This document shows positions 24,068 through 34,740 of a DNA stretch of 64,000 nucleotides, one piece after another (position 1 is the stretch's first letter; each line of letters begins with the position of its first letter). The notes beneath the pieces are model-generated. The model saw only the letters and a list, made by a program, of their open reading frames with translations. It was not told the origin of the DNA and ran no database searches. This DNA is from Haplodiscus bocki (Eukaryota). Position numbers and translations under genes: made by a program. The stretch covers positions 44,082,001 to 44,146,000 of the forward strand of contig OZ296657.1 of NCBI GenBank assembly GCA_965655095.1, given 5' to 3'.

Positions 24068-24460
24068 CTAGTCGAAGGTTTTGTGATACATCCGAATGGA
24101 GTGGCTTGGATCGAGTCTCAATTCCATCCGAGAAAACGGAGGATCACTTTGATTACTTTCCAGGAAATGTAGTCCCAGTAAACAGTCAGTCTCAGTGATC
24201 TCTAACACATGAAATTGATGTTCATAATGTTTGTTTCCAACTGTGAAGGGGACTCTGTTAATCCTGTTGACGCCAAAAGGTAGGCCGTTGGCAGCCTTGG
24301 GGTTCATGTTGCACTTGTTCAGTTGCATCCCATTTGTCGTTCGCAAATCCTTAAAAATGACTGGGGCTCAACCAGGAAACACTTGCCCCGCAGTCAAAGA
24401 CTGCTTCAAGTAATTTATCACACACTTGAATGTCAACAAAAACACTAAGAGGGTCGACCA
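24068..24460 (-). pseudogene. Retropepsin-like aspartic protease
   Basis: AVFDCGASVS active-site motif, AANG flap, DCLLGLHFL. Confidence 0.8.
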
Positions 24461-24502
24461 CCGAATTTAAAACGATAGTTTGTTGTGGGCCATCCTCTGT
24501 AT

Positions 24503-25205
24503 TCATGTCTGCGCTAAGGCCCGCTGGCGTAGACTGTTATAGTCTAACGAATTTGCTCTGGGCGCCATGCAATCACAGCAGAAATATCCGATGCGTTTGC
24601 AATTGAAGCATGCTTTGCATTCGTATGAAAAATGATTTGATCGTCCACAATGACGACAGGGTTGACTTTGGCTATTGGAACTGTGACGCTGTGTGTTTTG
24701 GAAATTATCGTTTCTACGACTGTTGGATGGCTGGTTTCGCGTATTCGTGTGAGAAGGGATTTGTCTGTGAGTATCCGGTATCCAATCTCTGGATCCATAA
24801 CATGGGTAGTTGTTTCGTCCGCCGTTTTCATTTCGGCTATGACACTCGAAACGAACAGATCGAGAATTCCTGTCAGTCGGTGAGGCTGCTGTATTGAATG
24901 GTTGGAGGTGATTTTCGGAATCGCTGGAACTGTTGAAGGATTCTGGCATGAGGCAGGACGGCAGGGTAACTGCTGCACTGACAGGTCCTCCAAGCAATCC
25001 ATCCAGAGAACGGAGGAAATGCAATTATTGTTAGATAAATAGTTGAAAATCCAGGTGTACCTCCAGCAGAGCTGCCGGTGCCATGGGAGGCCATTCTTGG
25101 TGTTAAAATGGACTTAGTGGAAATTCCAAGCCCTTGGGGGGCTGCTTCTGTTGTGCTCTCTTCCTCAGCTGCGCCTAATTTCACCTCGGGTTCGGATGCA
25201 GTCAT
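24503..25205 (-). pseudogene. gag: gag relic with two CCHC zinc knuckles; capsid region apparently deleted
   Basis: ATG at 25205; LMPESFNSSSDSENHLQPFNTAA; knuckles CRHCGRSNHFSYEC and CFNCKRIGYFCCDC. Confidence 0.8.
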
Positions 25206-25278
25206 TTTTCAAAACTTTTTTGAAACTCAATGAAAAAAAAGGGGATTTACAAAGTTTTTAGTCGTTGCTCATGGCGAG

Positions 25279-26037
25279 CTAGTCAAACATTTCTCCAAAA
25301 ACCTGCTCGTTGACGGGGTTGTCGATATAGAAAATCTGGTACCAACTAAGACGCCAATAGAGACTGGTTCGATTCGGTGTGTGGGGAAAAATTTCAACAC
25401 AAATGTCACTTGGCGGAACGTTTTGAAAATTGTACCCAAAAAGTTTAATAGGGTCCCCGTATCCGTTCTGAACAATTTTGTTTATGAACAGAATGCCGTT
25501 ACCGGGCGAGCTCCAAAGAAAACTGACGTAATGACGGTCGTCTTCTTGATAACGTGGCATCAAGCATTCTGCGACCTCTACTCAAAGGGTCTGATGCAGG
25601 TTGAGATACTCTGACAAGAGGTTAGGACGAGTGGTTGCTGAAACGTCTGAGGTACCGAAGGCTACGAGAAAACTTCCAAGTATTTCGCGGTTTGCTAACC
25701 AAACGTCACCCAATCTGGTGAAAAACGTGGTAGAGAATACGGCTGTGGAAGTACTACTTGGAGCTGAAGGATTGTAATTGGGAAGAGTTTCTATCTCACT
25801 TGAATGATTGTGGTAGTGGAAGTCCTCAAGTTCTTGGTGCAACAGAAGTTTTGAATTATGTGGGGTAAGCAGTGGGGTCTTTGGAACTTCATGTGTTACA
25901 GCAATACGAAATTGAGTTTTTTGACAGTGATAACAAGGGATTATCAGAGCCTTTTTGGCGCTTTTGCTATTGCTGGCACAACGAGAGTGAATGATCCCAT
26001 CAACTGAATGGTTAGGTAGACATGAAACCACGAACAA
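25279..26037 (-). pseudogene. Pre-gag accessory ORF B (~250 codons, one in-frame stop)
   Basis: ORFs 25582-26037 and 25279-25563 share a frame, separated by a single TGA. Confidence 0.45.
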
Positions 26038-26232
26038 GTTTCGGGGTTGTCGAAGTAGTGCGTTAACTTAAAACATTCAATTTGTCAGAAAAAAAGGATT
26101 TTCGAGGTTACCTGGGAGGTCATCATATAGTGGTTCGCCATGAAAAATGGAATTGAAACGCTACTTTGAGTAGTTTTCCAGAAGCAATCAACGCGAAACC
26201 CAAAAACTGCCCTCTTTTTGGGAGCGCACTTT

Positions 26233-26445
26233 TCAGTTGTCGGGGTTGATTGTGGAACAACTCTCGGAGACGTTCTCAAGATGTGTCAATGTAAAAACTT
26301 GGCCCAAAGCAAGCAAGAAAATCAATGCGAGTACACATAGCGCGAAAATTTTAGGTAAACATACGATACTTGAGTCCAAACGTGACCTGGACAAATCAGT
26401 TTGTGAGTACCGGGGAGGCGGATCGCTGGGTGGGGCACGGTTCAA
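26233..26445 (-). pseudogene. Pre-gag accessory ORF A: PPxY motif plus TM helix
   Basis: PPPRY followed by IFALCVLALIFLLALGQVF; non-ATG start. Confidence 0.35.
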
Positions 26446-26880
26446 AATGTAAAGAGTTAGGTAATTAGTGTGATTATGGATCTTGGGGCAAGATTAGGGG
26501 AAAACTAAATGTGGAGAAGGCAATTTTTTTGATCGGGTCTAAATGTCCGCTGGTAGACTAAAGAGGTTTCAAAAGGAACGAAATGTTTCTGATTATGCTA
26601 AGAATTAACGTTTTACAAGTCTACATTTGGTTTTTAAAGAACTAGACTAACCGTTCGTGTTGCAGGTATAACAAAAACTTCAAGGATCTGCCTATTTGCC
26701 CGTGCTGTGTGAATTTGCTCAGCCTATGGGCCCCGTCCGCCGTCTCCGGTGGTTTTTCCCTAGGGATTACAACTCGCGTTAGCGCGGGACAAGTGGCGGT
26801 AATAAGGTCATAGGGCAACCTGGAAACGTTGAATCTAAATCACGCTAAAATAGTGATTTTACTCTTAAGCAACTGGAGCA

Positions 26881-26898
26881 ATCCCACTCCTGTCACCA
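26881..26898 (-). promoter_or_regulatory. Primer binding site, tRNA-Leu type
   Basis: Minus strand TGGTGACAGGAGTGGGAT directly inside the 5' LTR, complementary to a tRNA 3' end ...ATCCCACTCCTG(T/A)CACCA typical of tRNA-Leu. Confidence 0.85.
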
Positions 26899-27721
26899 AT
26901 TCAACAACAGTGATTTTATTGTTAAGCCCATGACAAGAGTTTTTTTCCTATTTTTCTTTCTTCGATGCGCGGACGGTTGTTTTATTAAGTTTCTTTTGAT
27001 TGTTTTTTTCTTTTTTGGAATTGCTCTAGTCGAAAAATTGTTTGACTTTTAATAGTTTTAATTAAAAAAAGGAATAATACAGAAAAAGAATAATTCTTAC
27101 TTTTTCAGGAGAGGAGAGTTGAGGATCGTATTCATGAAGGTTGCAATTTTGTTGTTTTGCTGTTGAGTGTTGCTCAGAAGACGGTTCGAGGTGTTGTGTC
27201 GGGGTCTATAATTTCTGGGTCGCTCAGGGTTTTGGCTTTTTGGGAGGTCGAAAAGGCAACCAATAAGGGGCAACGGTTAGATAAGGAAAAAACAAACACG
27301 TTTCAAAAAGTTTAACTTGTAAGCTAGGTTCCTGTAAATGTTTAAAAGATGAATTTTATTATAGGAGGATCGAATATCCATTGTTTATGAGATAAAAGAA
27401 GGAGCTGTGTATTATTGGAACTGCGTATTAGTGAAATTTAGAAAGTAAGACAAACAAATTACATTAAAAAGAGACGGCAACTTTTTGGGCGATATAGAAA
27501 TAAAGTACAATAAAAAGAGATTAATGTTCTTTGAGTTAGAAAAATGTCTATCATTTTGTATGGTTTGTTTTTTTAAAAGCAAGTTGAAGGTACTTGAGTT
27601 TCTGACAAGTCCCCTGTGTTGTTGATAAAGTCGCCTTTATCTTATTGGAGCCTCGCTGTGTCCAGTTAAATCTGCGCGGCGCCTCGTTGTCATTGTTTTT
27701 TTAACAGCGGCGACGACAACT
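26898..27721 (-). repeat. 5' LTR (AGTT...AATT termini on the minus strand)
   Basis: Direct repeat of 14012-14820; abuts the PBS with a 1-nt overlap. Confidence 0.9.
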
Positions 27722-29599
27722 ATATTGCGTATCCTAAGGTTTTGGAAGACAGACTAGCTGACTTTCTGCACTGTTCTGAACATGACTCTACTCGCTGAAG
27801 GTCTGGCTCCGCAACTGTTGGTTGCAAAGACGAACGGGTTTAAAGAGCCACAATATTGCTGGTGGTTTGAAAATTTTTGCGTGGAAAAGTTTCCGTTAAA
27901 TCTAGTGTTCCAGAGTACATTTGCCTTTATGTCTCACCTGGCCTCATCAGTGGTCGTTGATTGAACGTAGGACTCACCATTAAACGGTTGAAGGTTCGGT
28001 TTATTTTCCACATCGTGGCAGAATTCGGAGTTCTGCGAAGGTGTCGCGGACTTCGTGATATCGCATGTGTGTGTGTCCCTGCCTTTGGCACAGTGAAAGT
28101 CATTTTACAAGATGAATTAAACCCCAACAACACGGCGTGGGAGATTTTCGCTCTCCAACTGTTTCGAATCACAAGGTCTTCGGAACTCAATCTTGAGATG
28201 ATGAAGCCGTATTTTTTCAGTAGAGGTCCGTTGGACCAGTTCAAGGCTCCTTTCTCAGGTGGCAACTCTCTTGTAGAGAATTGGGTTTCCGAAACGTTAG
28301 TTCCGACTAATTCAACTTTGTTCTTCAATCCGCCATGTGTTCTGCAGGTTCCAAAAAACTGAGGGTCAAAAGTTGCTCGGTTGTTCCTTGGTCTCTCGAT
28401 CTGTATACAGGCAGCACTATGTTCACACCACCGTTGCCCATTGGACTCGGGAGCAACAAACGTTGCCCTTTACTTCGATCATTTCTATCACAAACGGTCG
28501 GTAGTAATTTCGTGGATCTATTTTGCCGTTTTCTGGGGAAGTGTTCCATGGTACGCGTTGTCCATATGAAAGTTTATGTTGCGAATTTTTAGCTTAACGG
28601 TGTTATGCCTTGAGTGGAGAGATTTTTGAAGGTTGTGAAACCTTAACGTTGATCCCTGTCCGTTTTTCGTGTGTTCTTTAAAAGAATGGTACGCCGTCTT
28701 GAAGTCGATTACGGAGCCAAATGCCGAGAGACGACTTCGTAGTTTCTAGAGGAAAAAGGTCCTCTCCTTCTGGATACAAGGTTTTCCCCGGCAGTCATGT
28801 TGCAAGTCAGGCAGTTTCCGATAAAAGGGCTGTGCGTTTCTAAAGTGCATCGATAGTTAAGACGGCGTTGCCGTCACTGGCATAAGTTCTGTAGGATCTG
28901 CTCGCTTTCCACCAAATTCAATAGGAGCAACAATGCAACACCATACATCGCCATTGGCAAGAGATTCTATCGAGTCCTTCTGGAGACAAAATGGCCTTCT
29001 TGTTGACAAAAAAGCGGAACAAAACGAGTTGACAAGAGTAGTAGGGAAGGGTGGGCATCAAAGCCGTTTTTAACTTCCAAGCTGAAGATTTTTGTTCAAA
29101 TAGGTCAAAGTACAAAACCAACTGAGACAGAATTTGTTGACTAAGTACACCGAAAATCACTTGTGACACCTATCTTGGATTCTCTTGACCCTTTCCAGTT
29201 TGTCCGCCAGAAACTTCGAGGTGATTTTAAGAAAAATTGAAACGCTCAAACCTTGGAGAAGTTTTTATTGGAAGAGAAGCAATATTGCGGGAGCCCCTTT
29301 TATAAAGGAGTTAACAAGGCAGAACTAACTTTCAGAGGAATGAAGTAGTAGCATTATTATTGCTGCACCCAGCGGATAAAAAGTTTCAAACTCAAAATCC
29401 GACAAAAGCGTCATGTCGGAAAATATCCAATGGAGACGACATAAAAAAAGACTTTCAATTTCAAAAGACTTTCTGGAAAGGATGTTTTTCAAACCACATT
29501 TAATTTTGCGCGGAAAATTATTGAAAGTCTGAGCGACTCCAAAACCGCACTGGGTAACAGGTGAAAGTTAGGTTGACAATGCCTAAAACAAGAGCTATT

Positions 29600-31560
29600 C
29601 CGAAAATGCGTGGTTTATCAAACTGACATCAGAAAATACAAATTTGGAATTCCGAATAAATAAACGGTCGATGCATAACAGTAGGCGAGTCCAGAACCGT
29701 ATTGCAAAAAATAAAAAGCAGTCTGACAGTTTTCAAAACCCAAATACTTTGAAAATCCGAACTCAAAAGGGGATCACCCAAGCAAATCAACCGCCTCATT
29801 GATAATCGTGGGAGAACCCAAAACATATTTTAAAGCGCCGCTCTTCCACAAACACACATATAAAAATTGTTTTCACAACCCCCAACTTAACTGAATGTTT
29901 GTGGTTGAGTCGATAACTGCAAAATGATTCAAATCCAAACTCAATTAAGACTTGTCTACTTTTGGCTGGGGCGATCCCAAGTTCCAATTGCTAGCAATTA
30001 AACGCTACCAATAAAAAACGGAATATGAAAACCTGATTTAAAATGCCATGCTCTGCAACATTATGTTGGAAGTGTACTGGCAGACTTGTATTTAATCATT
30101 CAAAAAAACTAATTTCTGGGCGCAAAAACGATCCTAATGCGAAAAGTCCGCTAGAGCCGATGACCAAAATAGTTGATGAAAATTGCAATGTTCTTTACAA
30201 TTCACATCAAAAAACGCGGTTTCATGCAGTTAAATTCTTCAAGCAAAAATGTCAAACATTATAAAAAACGAGTCGAACACTAAATTAAAAATCAACAGAG
30301 CAATGGTACCACATTACGTAAAACTGAAATATTACATGAAATCACTTTCTTAGACTATCGATCTCTTGCAAAATTACCGACAAAATCCGGCTTCAGTACA
30401 CCAAATCCTACTACACTTTTGCATAGCCTTGTGCCAACCCAAAAGAGATTTGGAAGCAATTAAACAATCCTAATACAAAAGGGTCTCTCTGAAAATGCCG
30501 TTCTCTTGATAATTCGTCTGAAAAAACTTCTTTTGCAGCTTCAGCTGCAACTGAACAAGTACATGCAAATTTACAAGTACCGGTAAAACAAAAACCATTA
30601 AAAAAAATTGACTGTTAGCCTCATTTGAAAAAAAAACTAAAGTCCCGTCAAAAAACGCAAAGCTTTGTCAATACCTCAACCAAGACGGAGTTTCTAATCG
30701 TCTGAAGTAATCTGAACTTTCGATTCACAGCCTTGCAAAAGCAAAAAAGCAAACTGGAGTCAATGAAAGGATACGCTTCAAATGCACAGAACACAAGTGT
30801 GTCTGGAAATGGCTTTGTTCCTCAGTTTTGCATCAAAGCTTTATCTAGAGCTCTGACCTTGCGTATAGAACTGACATGTATGTGGGAATGAGATAATGTT
30901 GCAAAAAAAAATCAGCAAAACTCCAACAAATCCGAAAACCAAAATCATGAACGTGTTGCACTTATGCAAACTGATATCAAAAACGCAATCTATGTTACAG
31001 CAGACAATTCTTGTACAATCTGGAGAGAGCTCGATATTCTCGTATGGAACAATAACGTTACTGTCATGCCACTTTAAAGCCAAAGTCTTCCTCAGAGCGC
31101 CACAATTGTTGCTTTTTGAGGCAGAAAAGGTTATAGTCTTGCTTGCGCAACTGATGTGTAATCCAGAGCTGAACCAGGTAAAGGCTTGGGCAAGTCCAAA
31201 ATCCGCGTTGGGGAAACTGATTGACGTGAATTAGATATCAACTTAAAACAAAAGACCTTCCGAAGAAGGTTGTGATTTCATGAAGTTAACATCAGAAACA
31301 GAAAATTAGAATTCAAACATCAAAAAATAATTGAAAGAAAACATTGCGTTGTCTATTGAACCCGAACGGCACAGTGACAACAATCCAAAGTAAGTTCCAC
31401 CTTAGCTGGAAACAAAATTTCTTGAAAAAACTTTCTTCTGCAAGCTGACTCGAAAAAACGTCCCAGGTGACTCACTTGAAAAACGTTGGTTTTGAAACTG
31501 TTCAGCAATCCAACAGCCAGTTTCAAAACAGTGAAAAGTTCCCTGCAAACTCCTGAATCA
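29600..31560 (+). mobile_element. Highly decayed CR1/L2-type LINE ORF2 relic
   Basis: Scattered remnants only: KEIWKQLN (~30445), RELDILVWN (~31025-31050), LGQVQIRV, KTFF..SFKTVKSSL. Boundaries approximate. Confidence 0.4.
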
Positions 31561-33889
31561 ATCGAAAAAACTTTGTTCTTTGAAACTACATGAAAAACGG
31601 TGGTTATAGGCATCTGTTATCAACTGAACACTTGGTGTACAAAACAGTTCGAGCTCGAAAACAGAAGCCTAAACAGATGCCTGAAAGCTCAACTTATCGA
31701 AACCTTGTTCCGAAGTCGGTACCAACAAAAAACTTTTAACCATCGTACGACACAAATTATGATTTATGAAGTTCTGTTTGCATCCAAAAACACAACAGTA
31801 AAATTCCCATCCAAATATGACACAACTTTTTGCAGGAAAAGTGAGTTCTCCTGAAAAATTTCACTCTACACATCACTGCATACTCACAGCATCGTATATT
31901 AGACGAGGCAAGAGGCCTAAAGAAAGTTCTCCAATCAGCGTCGAAAGCAAAACTGAGAATCTCGCGTGATTTTTTTTCTACGAAATATTGTTTTGCAGCA
32001 GTTAACAACAATCCAAGCAGTGACTTTTTCAAAACTTCGCTTTTGTTTTCCCAACACAATGTGGGTTTGAAAATAAGTTGGCTGAAATAACTTTTGAATA
32101 CTGCTGCCGCAGAAGCAATCTGCTGTCTTGTTTCGATCAGTGGGATATTCGAAGAAGTGGGCGTTTTGGATGCTAACAACAAAAGTTCAATTGATCTTTT
32201 TGAACTCAAGAAGGAGCAGTGTTCAAGCTTCCTAAAGTCCGCCCATTTCGTTTCAAACTTTTAATCAAACGAATCAAAAAATCTAGTGATTTAACGAATC
32301 CCTGAGCGTCATTTGACAACTTGAAACTGTTGATGCGCTGAAATAAAACACTTGAGTGATATTTGTCAGCAGTTAAGAACGATCAATGTCCAAACACGGT
32401 ATTCTAGAAGACTAGTTTTTGCCTTCTCAAAGCTAATCGAGTGGGAAAATTAAGCTCAAGAAAACAATGTTGAAAACTGCTTTACGGAAGCAAGCTGGTG
32501 TTTTATTTTGATCAGTGGATCTTTTGGTGAAGTCAAAATGTATGACACTAACAACCTTCACTTGATCTGAGTTAACACAAGAAACAGCACTGTATGATTT
32601 ACTAAATGCCTACCTGCACTGTTTCAAGTTCCACAAAAAACTTACCAATTATTAAGTTTGGCTAAAGGATCCACAAGTGGCAGTTCATTATTTGAAGCTG
32701 TTGATGGGTCAGGAAAAAATACTGAGAGTGCGTCGGAAGAATTCTCGTCAGTGATTCAATTCTCATATTTCGTAATTTTTCGGCTTGTTTCTAAACTCGT
32801 CTCTAAACGCATCCAAGCTAATCACAATAAAAAGCAAAACTGATTTTCGTGTTGTAGAAAAGCGGTTTAGGAATGCAAACTAAAAAGGACTGGTTTTTAG
32901 AAACCATAAAACGAGAATCCTAGGAATGCCCCCTCCTGTTAAAACGAGTCTTCCTTTTCTTATGCTTTAAGTGTTTTCCTAGATCCTTCAGTCAGGAACG
33001 TTTTGAGCCTCAATTGCAACAGTGAGTTTTCAAGAATTTTTGTTTTATTTTCGACTTTCCAATGCGAGAAGAGAAGCTTGTTGCTTCTGTTGAGTGTTTC
33101 AATCCACAGTTTTATCTATACCGATAAGCTTTTCGAACGTTCAAAAGGTAGTGTACTTCAACGGGTAACAAAGGGCGTTGCAAACGTTAGAAGAGCAGAG
33201 AGTGGATCCCATAACACTCAATTTGCGACGCTTCTTGGCAACCTCTCAACTATAGTACCATCAAGAAAAGAAACCGCAGTGTTCCATTAAGAAACACCAA
33301 TTTCAGTCCATTTCTATTTTGGCAGCGTGTTTAAGATAGATGTGTTCCATGCACTATTACTATTCAGTGTGACGCAGCTGCTGACTTCTTTGGTTTTCTC
33401 TTGAAACACAAAATTGGACATTTTCTAATACATTTTTACGTTGCGCATCATAGATTCATCCCTTTGAAATTAAGCGAAAGTTCAGTTTGATCTTAGTAGG
33501 TAAAAAAGGACTGAATAGTGCGCGTTTTCTGTTTTTCACTGCAGACGCTAGTCATTTTTCTCAGTAATTTTGGATTCATGTCCGACGGTTTTAGATTTGC
33601 GTAAAAACATTGTGAGCATACACTTCTTCACCAAGCTAAAGTTCTGCATTTTGGCCATAATGGATGCTCTCACGCTAGCTGTCTAATAAGCTTCACGGTG
33701 ATTGAAAAGCTGTTTCTTGCTTTTAGTTCGAGTTGATTTCGTTGCTTCAAACTAAGCAGATACTCAAGCATAAGTGCTTAAGCCTAGCAGAAGTTTCCCG
33801 CAGTCCAAATGATACAGGATCTTCAAAACCACTTTCGTTTCATTGCCATATTTGTTCATAGTCACAGTTTCTGTTTCGTGGGAAAAAGC
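31044..33889 (+). repeat. Left arm of a ~2.85-kb inverted repeat
   Basis: Reverse complement of 34741-37586. Mirror ORFs 31757-32209(-)/36421-36873(+) and 32658-32843(+)/35788-35973(-) are nearly identical. Confidence 0.95.
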
Positions 33890-34740
33890 TTGGCAACTAA
33901 CCAACTTTGAAAACAGCGGTTGTCCTTAACAAGTTTTGTTATCAAGCGCATATGCCACACTCTTTTAGAGTTAACTCAAAAGATGAGTTGAATCGAGGAT
34001 TGTGATTGTGCCATGTTTGCTTCTCAACATGGCTCAGCTAACATCAAAGTGTCTGCACAGGGCTCCATCTAGAAATTCAAAAAAAAGTAATTCCACATAA
34101 TCGAGTGGAGGTTACGCAAAAATTTTAGTGGGAGCGCGGGGACATGTTTTAACGACAAATTTTTTGATTGGATTGAATCATCGGAAAGAATCTTCACTCA
34201 TTTGATGTCTGTTTGAAAAAATTACAAGTACATGGCAATTGAATATCTGCAATTCGCGCATTATTGTGAAGTCGGAGATTTTCAACATAAATTCATCTTG
34301 ATTAATCCGTACTGATGAACCATCTTCTCCATAAAGCACCACAACTTTCTTTGCCCTCAGGTTTGGTAAATTGAAATGTCGATGTTCGTTCCCGTTTTGC
34401 TAGAGTTGGCACTAACAAAGACATTAAACATTTCTCTTTTATTCAAAGTTGACAGACGGCTCGGGTTATTCTTAAAGGCATTCAGTTAGTGGTAGCTCAA
34501 GAAGGCTGCAATCAAAACTATGCTTTTTTGATCAGCCATGTTTTCACAAAAAGATGCGAAGTCATAAAAAAATAGACCTTTGTCAACGTGTACAGCAATT
34601 ATTTCGTGAAAAAAGTCGACCAAACTTTCATCGAATCAGATCCTTTTCCTTTTAAGTTTCCCTGAAAACTAAAAGCTTTAATTTTGGCAGTCAGCATTGC
34701 GAATTTTGGTTTATGGATTGTGCAGGTTTCCGGTTTGATG

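Larger units (their letters stand above)
19713..24460 (-). pseudogene. pol: pol polyprotein (protease, RT, RNase H, macrodomain, integrase), disrupted
   Basis: PR VFDCGAS (~24395); RT KLRIVIDYRQL, MPMGL..PNTFQ and NLND (degenerate YLDD); RH YNDASQLAMGA, YSATRCELLAI, TDHKAL; IN GHLG, CDRC, DFLGP, TDRGQNF, IERLNRTL, WRGPY. Confidence 0.92.
14012..27721 (-). mobile_element. Decayed env-containing Ty3/Gypsy LTR retroelement (endogenous retrovirus-like) with macrodomain and accessory ORFs
   Basis: Two ~810-bp direct repeats, a PBS, gag zinc knuckles, pol order PR-RT-RH-IN (Gypsy order) and env, all on the minus strand, with many stops and frameshifts. Confidence 0.93.

Noticed and set aside
27722-29300. 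Possible LINE ORF1 relic (LSAFGSV..TG, degenerate knuckle) on the minus strand
   Set aside because: Too decayed to support from motifs alone.
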